Virus record (IMG/VR): IMGVR_UViG_3300016484_000450
Span: 24,361-88,360 of that record
Length of the DNA: 64,000 nt
Direction: 5' to 3' (one strand)
Origin: a virus
Taxonomy: Duplodnaviria; Heunggongvirae; Uroviricota; Caudoviricetes
Each line of letters opens with the position of its first letter. Positions within the stretch are counted from its first letter, which is position 1. Shown piece after piece: positions 38,966 through 48,883 of this stretch. Both the position numbers and the translations under genes were made by a program. Under the pieces are notes generated by a model. That model did not search any database. It saw only the letters and a list, made by a program, of their open reading frames with translations, and was not told the origin of the DNA.

Positions 38966-39562
38966 TTGATCGACACAACTACATATCAACTAAACGATAG
39001 TAACTACCACAAAAATATTTTTAAAAAAACACAAATTGTGATAGGACATAATGGTAGAAAAGATATGCGTCATTACCAAGGTTGGTTAACAAGAGAAATG
39101 GGCGAATATAAAAAAACCGCACACTTCTCAATAGATAAAGACGGTAAAATCTACCAACACTTTGATCCAAAATATTACTCAGATTTATTGGGTGTTGAAC
39201 AAGATAAATCTAATATATCAATTTTGTTAGTTAATCAGGGGTGGTTAAAGTTGGATGTAAATTATAATATATATGTAGATTGGTTAGGTCATGTTTACAG
39301 TAAAAAAACTGAAAATTTAGTAAATAAGTCCTGGAGAGATTATGATTTATGGGTTAAATACACTGATGAACAATATGAATCATTAAAATTTTTAGTCACA
39401 TCATTATGTGAACAGTTTAATATACCAAAACAATCTATAGGTAGTAACGTTTATGATGAAAACGTAGATATTTATAATGGAATAACTTTTAGAAGTAATT
39501 ATTCACAAGAAATAAGAGATGTTAGTCCAGCATTTAACATGGACATATTAAAAAACCTTTAA
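38966..39562 (+). CDS. N-acetylmuramoyl-L-alanine amidase (Amidase_2/PGRP, T7-lysozyme-like)
   Basis: IVIGH, AHFSIDKDGKIYQ, NISILLVNQG and YTDEQYESLKFLVTSLCEQFNI run collinear with T7 lysozyme blocks IFVHCSAT, YHFIIKRDGTV, NSIGVCLVGG and FTPAQMQSLRSLLVTLLAKY. Confidence 0.6.
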   Translation: MIDTTTYQLNDSNYHKNIFKKTQIVIGHNGRKDMRHYQGWLTREMGEYKKTAHFSIDKDGKIYQHFDPKYYSDLLGVEQDKSNISILLVNQGWLKLDVNYNIYVDWLGHVYSKKTENLVNKSWRDYDLWVKYTDEQYESLKFLVTSLCEQFNIPKQSIGSNVYDENVDIYNGITFRSNYSQEIRDVSPAFNMDILKNL

Positions 39563-39563
39563 A

Positions 39564-40085
39564 ATGGATGATAGAAAATTTTTAGACAAAATTAGAGAAT
39601 TACAAAAAAGTGGTAAAAGGGTTGGTTTAACTGAAATTACTGACACAAAATATTATAATGAAAAAACTTCTAGTAAAAAATTTTTAACAGAAAGTACATC
39701 AGAGGGTGTTCAAAATATTGAAGCTGATGAACAAAGAGATGAAGAAAATAAATTTAAGGAGATTGTATCAAAGTTAGTTAAATTCGAACCAATTAAAGTA
39801 CACCAGGAAAATGTTGAGTGGTCAGGACATTTAATTAGAGAAAAAATCGATTGGACATTCTCATTAGACGATACAATTGGTTGTTATGTATATACAACTG
39901 AGGTAATACAATTACGTGATGAAACTTTAGAAGTACTTAAAAAACTTAGAGGATATTATGACGTGTGGAGTGATGAATGGTCATCAAGATTAACAGGAAC
40001 ACCAACAGAAGAAACCGTAGAAGAAACTCCAGAACCAACTACACAAACTGGTAATGAAGAAGAAGGTGCTGAATTTGGATTTTAA
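39564..40085 (+). CDS. hypothetical acidic protein
   Basis: 173 aa with an E/T-rich tail. Confidence 0.35.
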   Translation: MDDRKFLDKIRELQKSGKRVGLTEITDTKYYNEKTSSKKFLTESTSEGVQNIEADEQRDEENKFKEIVSKLVKFEPIKVHQENVEWSGHLIREKIDWTFSLDDTIGCYVYTTEVIQLRDETLEVLKKLRGYYDVWSDEWSSRLTGTPTEETVEETPEPTTQTGNEEEGAEFGF

Positions 40086-40096
40086 AAAAGATAATT

Positions 40097-40903
40097 ATGA
40101 AAAATTTTAATTTAAAAGATACTGCCTTATTTGGGGGGATTTTAGTTTTAATATTTTTACTTATTGTTAGTAAATGTGAAAAAACTAAAATGGAAAAAGA
40201 CTTGTATGAACAAGTTAGATCTACTAATAAAGAAATAGTTAAAAACAGTAAATTAATAAAAGAAAAAGATGGACAGTACTCAAAGTTCGTTAATAATTTC
40301 AATGACCAAAAAGATTTACTTAAACAACTAAAAGATGAGAATAAAGATTTGTATAAAACAATCAAAAAAAGTGATGAAAAACTTTTAATGATTAATAATA
40401 CACTAGTCACATTGGAAAGCCAAGTTTCAGAAGGGTTTGGTAATATTAATACTACTGATAGTAATTTAATTGATTTAAAATTAAAATACCCTAATGACAA
40501 AGATTGGTTCATCTCTTGGGATGGTTCCGTACATAAGAAAACAGCCTTCTATAAAGGTGACTGGACTTTTGGTAACTTGCCTTTACAAATTGTTTTAACT
40601 GAAACAGATAAAGGGATTTGGAATAGTAGATTAATAGGGCCAGAATGGTTAAAGGTAGATAAAATGGAAATTAACGCTATCAAACCTGAAGACATTGTAT
40701 CACCATATGTACCACAACCACGTAATTTCGGACTTATGTTAGGTGGAGGATATGTTAGAGGATTTAGTAATCCAAACACTAACGGACTTTCTATTGGTGT
40801 AGGTGGATACTTTAAAAATCACTCAATAATAGTTAATGGTACAACAAATATGACAGTAGGCTTTAATTATTATTATAGATTTATTAGTTTTAAGAAAAAA
40901 TAG
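40097..40903 (+). CDS. hypothetical envelope-associated protein (N-terminal TM/signal, Gly/aromatic-rich C-terminus)
   Basis: 268 aa with N-terminal hydrophobic LFGGILVLIFLLIVS. The C-terminus GGGYVRGFS...GVGGYFKN...GFNYYYRF is beta-rich. Confidence 0.3.
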   Translation: MKNFNLKDTALFGGILVLIFLLIVSKCEKTKMEKDLYEQVRSTNKEIVKNSKLIKEKDGQYSKFVNNFNDQKDLLKQLKDENKDLYKTIKKSDEKLLMINNTLVTLESQVSEGFGNINTTDSNLIDLKLKYPNDKDWFISWDGSVHKKTAFYKGDWTFGNLPLQIVLTETDKGIWNSRLIGPEWLKVDKMEINAIKPEDIVSPYVPQPRNFGLMLGGGYVRGFSNPNTNGLSIGVGGYFKNHSIIVNGTTNMTVGFNYYYRFISFKKK

Positions 40904-40906
40904 TTT

Positions 40907-41230
40907 ATGGAAAAAGATAAAATTAAACAATTATTACAAGAGATTAATGATAATAGTTATAAGAAAGTAACTGTTTATGCTCTAGATGGTTGTCCAGCAT
41001 GTGAAGAATTGAAGAAAAAATTTAATAACATTGGATTGGTTTATGAAAATGTTACCATGAATGGTAATGATGATATGTGGAAAAAATTACATGAAATGGG
41101 TGGTAGTGATTTTGCTCCACAAGTTCAGGTAGAAGGGTATCTAATCAAAGAAGATGAGTATGACGATGTTAATCAATTAATCAGTGAGACTCTTACAAAT
41201 TTACTTGGTAGGAAAATTGTTGTATCTTAA
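40907..41230 (+). CDS. glutaredoxin/NrdH-like thiol-disulfide oxidoreductase
   Basis: VTVYALDGCPACEELKKKF carries a CPxC active-site motif in the position expected for the thioredoxin fold. Confidence 0.55.
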   Translation: MEKDKIKQLLQEINDNSYKKVTVYALDGCPACEELKKKFNNIGLVYENVTMNGNDDMWKKLHEMGGSDFAPQVQVEGYLIKEDEYDDVNQLISETLTNLLGRKIVVS

Positions 41231-41245
41231 AAATAAAAATATTAA

Positions 41246-41270
41246 AACCACTTACTTAAGTGGTTTTTTT
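41246..41270 (+). terminator. rho-independent terminator
   Basis: CCACT-tactta-AGTGG stem followed by T7, after the glutaredoxin gene. Confidence 0.5.
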
Positions 41271-41344
41271 ATGCTTTGTTGATATTTATCTATAAAAGAT
41301 CTTTTTTGGTGGTTAAAAATAATAAATCTAATATTATTGACAAT

Positions 41345-41494
41345 ATGAGTAGTGTTACCCATGTTGAAAAAATTAGTGCCGATTTCACAAAACTTTTAAA
41401 AACATTAACAAATGAATCTTTAGAACATTTCAGTACTGAAGTTAGTGAACCTAAACCAAGAAAAAAATACTATACAAGTAAATTTAATTTATAA
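41345..41494 (+). CDS. hypothetical small protein
   Basis: The internal ATG of track ORF 41276 was chosen because the track start lies inside the upstream terminator hairpin. Confidence 0.2.
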   Translation: MSSVTHVEKISADFTKLLKTLTNESLEHFSTEVSEPKPRKKYYTSKFNL

Positions 41495-41517
41495 CATATA
41501 AATAAAAACAAGTAAAA

Positions 41518-41679
41518 ATGGCAAAGAAAGTATTACGTTACACAGAAGATGAGTTTGTTACACTCTTAGAAAACATCGTTAAAAGAGTTAAAAAAGAGCA
41601 AATGATCGAAGAATCTAATAAAAATAGAGGAAACAACATTACTGAAAATTCTAACCAAAGAAGAACATCAAGAAGATAA
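41518..41679 (+). CDS. hypothetical small basic protein
   Basis: 53-aa ORF missing from the track (<60 aa). MAKKVLRYTEDEFVTLLENIVKRVKKEQ... Its stop overlaps the next ATG (TAATGA). Confidence 0.3.
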   Translation: MAKKVLRYTEDEFVTLLENIVKRVKKEQMIEESNKNRGNNITENSNQRRTSRR

Positions 41680-41948
41680 TGAGAGAAACCATCAAAAAAG
41701 TCTTAAAAGAAGAACTAACTAGGTCAGATAAAGCTGAAATTAAAAAATTAGCTAGGTCTGAGTTTGAAAGTATGCTAAATAGTTCCGATATTAAAACTAA
41801 AATAGAAAAGATGGTTAAAAATCAACTTGGTAAAGATAAAGCCACTCAAAAAGAAGTGGCTAATATCACTCAAAAAGTTTTAGTACAATTTTATAAAACC
41901 CTATGGAATAGAAGAACTTTTTGGGTTAATAAATTAGATAACATTTAA
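41679..41948 (+). CDS. hypothetical protein
   Basis: 89 aa. Confidence 0.35.
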   Translation: MRETIKKVLKEELTRSDKAEIKKLARSEFESMLNSSDIKTKIEKMVKNQLGKDKATQKEVANITQKVLVQFYKTLWNRRTFWVNKLDNI

Positions 41949-41951
41949 TAT

Positions 41952-43724
41952 ATGAGAAATATCGACCCAAATGCTAAAGTAGGAATGCGTATCCGTCTAA
42001 CAAAAGATATGGACGACCAACAACCTATACTTAAGGGACAGGAAGGTACTATTAACAATATAGATGATATTGGTACTTTACATGTTTTATGGGATGATAA
42101 AAGATTATTGGGTGTTATACCTAATGTAGATAGTTACGAGTTATTACCATCAGAAGATGAACAAGTAGACTTTAGTGTTTTTGAATCGACAGAAGGTAAA
42201 CTTACTAAAAATTTTACTAGAGAAGCTAAGAAGGCATTTTCTAGTGTAAAACCAAATCCAGGAATTAAGATAGAATCAGATTCTAAAGAAAACCCTAAAA
42301 AAACTATATTTAAACAAGATTTAGATAAAATCATGAATATTATTAGCACTGTTAAATTTATGCAGGTACAAATAGTAGAGAAAATGATTGATAATTTCTA
42401 TGAGAAGTATAAAGATAGTGTTTCTGATGGTAAAAAATTAGAAAGAATTATAGATAATCTTAAAGAAAAGTTAAGCAAAAAATTTCCTATAGATGAAATG
42501 GATGCGGCAGGTTCTAATGGATTAGCTGGTGCAGCAGGTTATTCATATTCAGCTCCTTTAAAAGAGGTGAATACTACGAAAAATACTGACCTCACAACTG
42601 GTTCTGATAGAGGTTACGATAAAGGAACTTGGGCAACTAAAGCCGATGGTTGGGATTGGAATGATGAAGCTTTATGGGAAGGTGGTGAAATAGTTGATTT
42701 ATTAACTAAAGTTAGAAATACTTGGGATGACTCTGATTTAGATATATCTAAACAATGGGATAAAGCTCAAAAAATTAAAGAAAAAGAAAACGAATTAACA
42801 GAATCTAAGAAAAATGGTAAGAAAAAAATTGAGGAAGAAGATGTTAATGAAGATACAACATTTGGGTCAGTATTTGGTTCTGGTTTCCCTGTTGGTCCAG
42901 CTTTCGCAGCTAAAAAAGGTCAATGGAGGTCAGCAAAAAAACCTATCTGGAAGGGTGGAACGATTATCCAGAAAGAAGAGGACTCAAACGAGGGTACTTT
43001 AAGACCTATAGACGAAGTTAATAAAGTTAAATTCGTTAAAGGTTCTAAGTACGTTAAAGTAAAAGATAAATGTGCTAAATACAATAACCAACCATGGTGT
43101 AATCAAGGGGCTATTGATAAACCTTTAGAACTTAGTAATCAAACATTTGAAAATATTAAAAAAGTATCTAAAAAAACTGGGGTACCTTTTAATGTTATTT
43201 TAGAAAATATAAATAAAAAACTACTTGAGGATTTTGGTAGGAACTACACAATTCAGTCATTATACGATGTTATCCAGGATGAACTATTAAACAACCCTAA
43301 GATAGAACAATGGAAAATGCTTATGGACTCACCTATTGGTGGGGTTGAGAATTTTGAAATGCCACATCACCAGAGAGATTATGGCAATACTGAAGGTATG
43401 TCTTATGATGAAGATGATGTTTTAGGTATTAAAGGACCCCACGGTATGTTAGCCATGGTTATCTTACCTAAATTAGTTGAAATGGGTATATTAACTGGTA
43501 ATCTTAAAGATCAAAATGAGTTGGGTATATTAAATACAATTAGTGAGTTATTATACCAGGACATAAAACCAGAAGGATTTAACGATGTTAAACACACTGA
43601 GGATGGTGATTATGATTTAACAGAAAATACAATTAAAAATATTAATAACTTATCTAAAAAATTAGGTATCAGTAAATCTGAAATAGTAGATAGGATTAAA
43701 TTTAAGTTTAAAAGTATTAATTAA
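41952..43724 (+). CDS. hypothetical protein
   Basis: 590 aa. No motif recognised. Confidence 0.4.
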   Translation: MRNIDPNAKVGMRIRLTKDMDDQQPILKGQEGTINNIDDIGTLHVLWDDKRLLGVIPNVDSYELLPSEDEQVDFSVFESTEGKLTKNFTREAKKAFSSVKPNPGIKIESDSKENPKKTIFKQDLDKIMNIISTVKFMQVQIVEKMIDNFYEKYKDSVSDGKKLERIIDNLKEKLSKKFPIDEMDAAGSNGLAGAAGYSYSAPLKEVNTTKNTDLTTGSDRGYDKGTWATKADGWDWNDEALWEGGEIVDLLTKVRNTWDDSDLDISKQWDKAQKIKEKENELTESKKNGKKKIEEEDVNEDTTFGSVFGSGFPVGPAFAAKKGQWRSAKKPIWKGGTIIQKEEDSNEGTLRPIDEVNKVKFVKGSKYVKVKDKCAKYNNQPWCNQGAIDKPLELSNQTFENIKKVSKKTGVPFNVILENINKKLLEDFGRNYTIQSLYDVIQDELLNNPKIEQWKMLMDSPIGGVENFEMPHHQRDYGNTEGMSYDEDDVLGIKGPHGMLAMVILPKLVEMGILTGNLKDQNELGILNTISELLYQDIKPEGFNDVKHTEDGDYDLTENTIKNINNLSKKLGISKSEIVDRIKFKFKSIN

Positions 43725-43754
43725 AATAACAAGATATTTATTTTAAAATACAAC

Positions 43755-44714
43755 ATGAAAAATATTATTAAAAATAAAATACAATCTTTATTAGAAACTA
43801 AAGGGTTTGAACATATGGAAGTAGCTTTTGGTGTTAAACATAAAAGTGATAATCTTTCTGACGCTGAAAAAAAACAATTTGGACCTATGGAATCTATTCA
43901 AGATAAAGAAACTGGTGTTGTTAATTTAGGGTTACCTAAAGCCGCTTCAGCACTTAAAACAACACAAAAAAAATCTAACGACGAATCTGAAGAATATTAT
44001 AAAGAAGCTTCAGATAGAGTTAAAGATTACCAAAAACCAAATCAAAAGGCATCACAATCTAGAATTGGTGAATCTTTCGAACCTAAAAAAATTAATAGAA
44101 AAGATGACCAAACATCACCTGAAGATGTTTATGACACTGAGGCTTTAGGTGTTGGGATGAATGCGTTAAGATATGACAATGAAGGTACACCAGTATTTGA
44201 TCAATTCATGAAAAGACAAGATGAGTTAAATGGTAACGATTCTACATATAAAAAATTAACTGATTATAGTAAAAAATATTTAAAACATAAGTACGGTGAA
44301 CCAGATGAATATCACTACACACCAAAAGTAAGAACAACTGAAAAAGATATTAATGAGTCTAAAAAATTCTCAGATGTAATTTCTGAAAATATTTTTAAAG
44401 TTAAAGGTGATATTAAATCAAAAGAACAAGTACTTAAAATAGCTAATAAAGTTCCTACAAGAGTTAAGATGGATGAAACTGTATTTGCTATAACTGACGG
44501 TAAAAACTATTACAGATTAATTTGGGAAGGTGATAAAAATGGTGAAGCCGTTATTACTCACGAAAAAAATACTAAAGTAGTTAACGAAAATATAGAAAAG
44601 ATGAAACATTTATGGAACTATAACGCTTCTGATGTAAACACAACTAAACATATTGTTAAAGAAACTGAAGAAGATAAGTTTAAAAAAATGTTCAGACAAT
44701 TAAAAAATAAGTAA
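43755..44714 (+). CDS. hypothetical protein
   Basis: 319-aa K/E-rich ORF followed by a rho-independent terminator. Confidence 0.4.
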   Translation: MKNIIKNKIQSLLETKGFEHMEVAFGVKHKSDNLSDAEKKQFGPMESIQDKETGVVNLGLPKAASALKTTQKKSNDESEEYYKEASDRVKDYQKPNQKASQSRIGESFEPKKINRKDDQTSPEDVYDTEALGVGMNALRYDNEGTPVFDQFMKRQDELNGNDSTYKKLTDYSKKYLKHKYGEPDEYHYTPKVRTTEKDINESKKFSDVISENIFKVKGDIKSKEQVLKIANKVPTRVKMDETVFAITDGKNYYRLIWEGDKNGEAVITHEKNTKVVNENIEKMKHLWNYNASDVNTTKHIVKETEEDKFKKMFRQLKNK

Positions 44715-44720
44715 TGATAA

Positions 44721-44744
44721 AACCCTCCTAAAGAGGGTTTTTTT
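44721..44744 (+). terminator. rho-independent terminator
   Basis: AACCCTC-ctaaa-GAGGGTT stem followed by a T-run. Confidence 0.55.
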
Positions 44745-44775
44745 ATGCCATAATATATTTATAAATAAAAACATT

Positions 44776-45234
44776 ATGAAAATTACAAAAATTAGTGATA
44801 AGGGTGTTAACCTTATTAAAGAATTTGAAGGTTTTATGTCTAAACCTTATTTATGCCCAGCTAAAATACCAACAATTGGATATGGGGCAACATTCTATCC
44901 TGACGGTAAAAAAGTAACGATGAATGATGCTGCTATCACAGAGGAAAAAGGTGTTGAATTACTTAAAAGTATGTTGGTAAAATTTGAACAGTACGTTGAT
45001 TCATATTGTGTGGACACAATTAATCAAGGACAGTTTGATGCGTTAGTTTCATTCTGTTACAACTTAGGTCCATCTAATTTAAAATCTAGTACACTACTTA
45101 AAAAAGTTAATATAAATCCCAATGACCCAACAATTGAGGCTGAATTCATGAAATGGACTAAAGCTGGTGGTAAAACACTTAAAGGATTAGTTAGAAGAAG
45201 AGAAGCGGAAGTTAAATTATACTTCAATAAATAA
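44776..45234 (+). CDS. lysozyme (GH24, T4-lysozyme-like endolysin)
   Basis: LIKEFEGFMSKPYLCPAKIPTIGYGAT parallels the T4 lysozyme catalytic E...D...T(I/V)G(I/Y)G block. Confidence 0.7.
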   Translation: MKITKISDKGVNLIKEFEGFMSKPYLCPAKIPTIGYGATFYPDGKKVTMNDAAITEEKGVELLKSMLVKFEQYVDSYCVDTINQGQFDALVSFCYNLGPSNLKSSTLLKKVNINPNDPTIEAEFMKWTKAGGKTLKGLVRRREAEVKLYFNK

Positions 45235-45251
45235 TAAAAATAAAAAAAAAT

Positions 45252-45845
45252 ATGTACACAAGAGAACAAGTTGAATCAGCTGTTAAAACAAAAGGTTATG
45301 TTTGGTTTGAAGACACAAATAATAAAGATTACGATGTTAATATTGTAGGTATTAGAAATTCTAATACAGGGCAAAAAGTTACTAACGTATTTGATGATTA
45401 CTTAACAGTATCATATAAAGTTGATGGTGAATGGAAATTCCATATTTGGCCAGCAACTACAGACCCAGGTAAAAAAGGTGTTATGCAATATCATAACGCT
45501 GCAGGTGTAGCTAGACTAGTTGAAGGTCAATATCGTGGTTCACACACAATCAGATTACACCAGGGTAAATATGAAGCATTAGGACAGGCAAAAAATGTTA
45601 AAGTTTATCGTGACGCAAATCGTGACTTAGTTTATGATGAGTCAAAAATTGCTGAAGGTGTTTTTGGTATTAATATTCACAAAGCTGGTGCTGATTCTAC
45701 ATATGTAGAGAACTGGTCTGAGGGTTGTCAGGTATTTAAAAAAGCGGCTGACTTTGAGGAATTCATGAAAATTTGTAGAAAAGCTAGAGATATTCATGGA
45801 AACTCTTTTAGTTATACTTTGATAGAATCAAAAGATATTGTATAA
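45252..45845 (+). CDS. putative cell-wall peptidase (YkuD/L,D-transpeptidase-like fold candidate)
   Basis: GINIHKAGADSTYVENWSEGCQVF has His...(about 17 aa)...S-x-G-C spacing like the YkuD HG...SHGC motif. It sits directly after the lysozyme gene. Confidence 0.3.
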   Translation: MYTREQVESAVKTKGYVWFEDTNNKDYDVNIVGIRNSNTGQKVTNVFDDYLTVSYKVDGEWKFHIWPATTDPGKKGVMQYHNAAGVARLVEGQYRGSHTIRLHQGKYEALGQAKNVKVYRDANRDLVYDESKIAEGVFGINIHKAGADSTYVENWSEGCQVFKKAADFEEFMKICRKARDIHGNSFSYTLIESKDIV

Positions 45846-45902
45846 CAACTAAAATAATTAATAAAATATTTAATTATCTAATCTATTAACTAATATTATA
45901 AC

Positions 45903-46385
45903 ATGAGTAGACTCAATAAAATATTAAAAACAATAGATTTTATAGAATACATTTCTAAGCCTATGGATAAGAAAGATATTTTATTAATTTATAAAGTTAA
46001 TAAAGTTTTACCAGAGAGATGTGAATTACTAATAGATTTCACTAAATCATTATATAGTAAAGTTATCAGAACTTATATGGGTGATAACTTAATGACAGAG
46101 ACAGAACAAACCCAACACTTTGAATGGTGTTGGGCCTCTGTTATTAATGACTTTAAAAGGGAATTAATATTTTTCGATAAAAGAGGTTCTTTTTACAATT
46201 ATTTTAAAGCCTTTATTCTAGAAACTTTTTATAAAGAGCTAGATAAAAACGAAAAAAATGTTGAAAACACTTTATATTTTGTAATAAATAGTTTTAATTA
46301 TAACAAAATAAAAACAAAATCAGAACTGGATAATTTTCTGGATTTGTACAAAATTTTTAATAAAAGTTTCAATGTTGGAGTTTAA
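45903..46385 (+). CDS. hypothetical protein
   Basis: 160 aa. Confidence 0.35.
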   Translation: MSRLNKILKTIDFIEYISKPMDKKDILLIYKVNKVLPERCELLIDFTKSLYSKVIRTYMGDNLMTETEQTQHFEWCWASVINDFKRELIFFDKRGSFYNYFKAFILETFYKELDKNEKNVENTLYFVINSFNYNKIKTKSELDNFLDLYKIFNKSFNVGV

Positions 46386-46612
46386 TGGATATTAAAACAA
46401 AACTAGGTATAATTACCAACCATTTAGTATTAGAAAAAACAAAAGCCGAGGCCGAATTAGAAAGATTTGTTAACAGTGATTTGCCAATTAATCAAATTTG
46501 TGAAGAAATTGGTGTTAAATTAAATAATTATAGGGACTCTATTTCTAATGTTACTTTATGGTTAGAATTTATAGAACCTATAGATAATAAACCCGAAGAG
46601 GGAAATAATTAA
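46385..46612 (+). CDS. hypothetical protein
   Basis: 75 aa with ATGG coupling. Confidence 0.3.
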   Translation: MDIKTKLGIITNHLVLEKTKAEAELERFVNSDLPINQICEEIGVKLNNYRDSISNVTLWLEFIEPIDNKPEEGNN

Positions 46613-46623
46613 AATAAACAAAA

Positions 46624-46812
46624 ATGTCAAACAGAGTTACAGAATTTGAAACACTTTTAGAGTCTTTCAAAGAAAATTACCTTAAATTCATGGAAAAAGG
46701 TAATAATACCGCTGGTACTAGAGCAAGAAAATCTTTACAAGATATTCGTAATCTAGCGAAAGAGGTTAGAGATGAAATCAGTAGCGTTAAGAAGGAAAAA
46801 ACAGTCGCTTAA
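46624..46812 (+). CDS. hypothetical protein
   Basis: 62 aa. Confidence 0.3.
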   Translation: MSNRVTEFETLLESFKENYLKFMEKGNNTAGTRARKSLQDIRNLAKEVRDEISSVKKEKTVA

Positions 46813-47003
46813 TGAATATTTTATCCAAAATAATGTTTTTTATTCTATTTATGTCAATATTAAATATATTACGACATGGATGGAAAATATTAATGGAATT
46901 AAGAAAAGAAGAGCCACAGAAAATAGAGTATAGTAAATCTGACATTTTATTTCTGGGCTTCTCTTTCTCTTATATTTTATCAGTTTTATTTACAATGGAG
47001 TAA
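46812..47003 (+). CDS. small two-TM membrane protein
   Basis: 63 aa. The MFFILFMSILNIL and ILFLGFSFSYILSVLF hydrophobic segments point to a holin/antiholin-like topology. Confidence 0.3.
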   Translation: MNILSKIMFFILFMSILNILRHGWKILMELRKEEPQKIEYSKSDILFLGFSFSYILSVLFTME

Positions 47004-47455
47004 TGAGTATACAAGAAAGAATAGACAAACTATCTTCATATTTTAAAGGTATTAAATTAGCTGAATCTTATAGAGTTATTGAGGTAAATATTAAAAAAGA
47101 TTGGACAATTCCTTTGACTCAGTTCGAATCTGAGGAAATCCAGTTTTCTCAAAAAGAATCTAAACAACCTTCTATTTATTATACAATGTTTTATTCAGAA
47201 ACTAAAACATTTGATGAGATTTTAGATTTTGTTGAAGAAAAAGTAATTAATTACAATTTAGAAATAGAAGAAAAAGAAAGACTTCTTAAAGCTAAAGTTG
47301 AGGAATTGAAGAAAGTCTTTGAATCCAAGTCGTTAGACGAATTAAACAACCTTAAATTTACCACAGAAGAAGATTCATTGAGTCTTAAAAATGTTTCAGT
47401 AGGTGTTGGGGGTCAAGGAGTTTTAAATAATACTGATAAAGAAAAAGTTTCTTAA
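47003..47455 (+). CDS. hypothetical protein
   Basis: 150 aa. Confidence 0.35.
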   Translation: MSIQERIDKLSSYFKGIKLAESYRVIEVNIKKDWTIPLTQFESEEIQFSQKESKQPSIYYTMFYSETKTFDEILDFVEEKVINYNLEIEEKERLLKAKVEELKKVFESKSLDELNNLKFTTEEDSLSLKNVSVGVGGQGVLNNTDKEKVS

Positions 47456-47456
47456 T

Positions 47457-47840
47457 ATGGGTGTACCTAAAAATTTTCATGAACAAGTTAACCTACCAAA
47501 AATGGTGGAAGCTTTAAATGATTTAAATTTCTACACTTTTAATTATACAATAGTTTTAACTGAAGAGTATAATAAAAAGTTACGTGAAGCAGAAATGCTA
47601 AATCAAGTATTAGACACTGAACTTAATGTTATAACCAGAGATGGTGATTTAACACTAGGTTGTATAAAAAGTTTTAGTGCTGTAGATGATGAAACAGCTG
47701 ATAAAAAAATGAAAGAATGGTTGGATGTTAAAATTGAAAACAATCAGATTTCTTCATATCTAATTAAAAGTTTTGAATCAAATACCTTTAAAGAAGAATT
47801 AGAGGAAAAGGGTTTAGATAAATTATTTTATAATAGTTAA
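47457..47840 (+). CDS. hypothetical protein
   Basis: 127 aa, followed by a bidirectional terminator. Confidence 0.35.
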   Translation: MGVPKNFHEQVNLPKMVEALNDLNFYTFNYTIVLTEEYNKKLREAEMLNQVLDTELNVITRDGDLTLGCIKSFSAVDDETADKKMKEWLDVKIENNQISSYLIKSFESNTFKEELEEKGLDKLFYNS

Positions 47841-47869
47841 AAAAAGGGGACAATTAAGTCCCCTTTTTT
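47841..47869. terminator. bidirectional rho-independent terminator
   Basis: A5-GGGGAC-aattaa-GTCCCC-T6 between convergent genes. Confidence 0.65.
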
Positions 47870-48212
47870 AATGTTCATTAAAGGCTCTTTCGGCCATTTC
47901 CTGGAAAGTATGAAGTAACCAAGTAGTACCTGAAGCTAACATACCGTCAAAAAATACGGAAGTCACTTCTTTTGGTATTGTAAAAAGGCCAAGATTTAAA
48001 TCTTCTAACCCATAATACAAACTAGGTGAAAAAAATGTTAATGAAAGGAAAAATCCTGCCCATGTAGGAAAACACATCATACAAGAAACTAATTTACCCC
48101 AAAAATTAGGGCTCTTCTCAGTCAAAAACTCTCTCATACTGCCAAATATTGTCCCATAAACAATAATATTTGACAATCCATAACAAACTAAAATAAATAA
48201 TAATGTATTCAT
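47868..48212 (-). CDS. hypothetical multi-pass membrane protein
   Basis: 114 aa with 3-4 hydrophobic segments. A lone minus-strand gene whose stop overlaps the bidirectional terminator. Confidence 0.4.
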   Translation of the reverse strand: MNTLLFILVCYGLSNIIVYGTIFGSMREFLTEKSPNFWGKLVSCMMCFPTWAGFFLSLTFFSPSLYYGLEDLNLGLFTIPKEVTSVFFDGMLASGTTWLLHTFQEMAERAFNEH

Positions 48213-48258
48213 ACTGTATTGTTTTAATATTTATAATTATAATGATTTTAAATATATA

Positions 48259-48693
48259 ATGAAAGAGTCTGTAGGAATTTTAATAATAGCAAGAGATACA
48301 AATAACTTTCTTTTGTTGCATAGGTCTGATAGGCCTATCGTTTGGTCCATTTTAACGGGTACTATGGATGTTGAGGGTGAAACACCTTTAGATTGTGTTA
48401 AAAGAGAAATTCAAGAAGAAATAAGGGTAGATTCTGGTCAAATACAGAACATTACTTTACTAGACACAATAACAAATGATTATGGTCTTTTCCATGTATT
48501 TGTTGGGTTTGTTAATTATGAGTTTGAACCTAATCTAAAGTTAGATGAAAACGACGACTACATGTGGACCGATGAAAATAATCTACCAAAACCGATACAT
48601 AAAGGTTGGAATAAGACTTTCCAATTAGTAGAACCTATATTAAATTTAAGAGAATCTATTAACAAAAAATTAAAAAAATTATTAAATGAATAA
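48259..48693 (+). CDS. Nudix hydrolase
   Basis: Nudix box GTMDVEGETPLDCVKREIQEEIRV (G-x5-E-x7-REUxEExGU). Confidence 0.65.
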   Translation: MKESVGILIIARDTNNFLLLHRSDRPIVWSILTGTMDVEGETPLDCVKREIQEEIRVDSGQIQNITLLDTITNDYGLFHVFVGFVNYEFEPNLKLDENDDYMWTDENNLPKPIHKGWNKTFQLVEPILNLRESINKKLKKLLNE

Positions 48694-48883
48694 AGATGAG
48701 TTGGAAATAGAACTTGAGAGACGTAAAATATTACAAGAGAGTTTTATTACAGAAATGAGAAAAAATAAATTTATTGATGAGATTAGTTCTGGGTTAGGTG
48801 AAAAAATAATTAAAGAACCTAACAAGATTCATAAAAAACCTGGTTTTTTTGGTAAATTAAAAAAAATATTTATAAATGACTAA
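48686..48883 (+). CDS. hypothetical small protein
   Basis: 65 aa. Confidence 0.25.
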   Translation: MNKDELEIELERRKILQESFITEMRKNKFIDEISSGLGEKIIKEPNKIHKKPGFFGKLKKIFIND

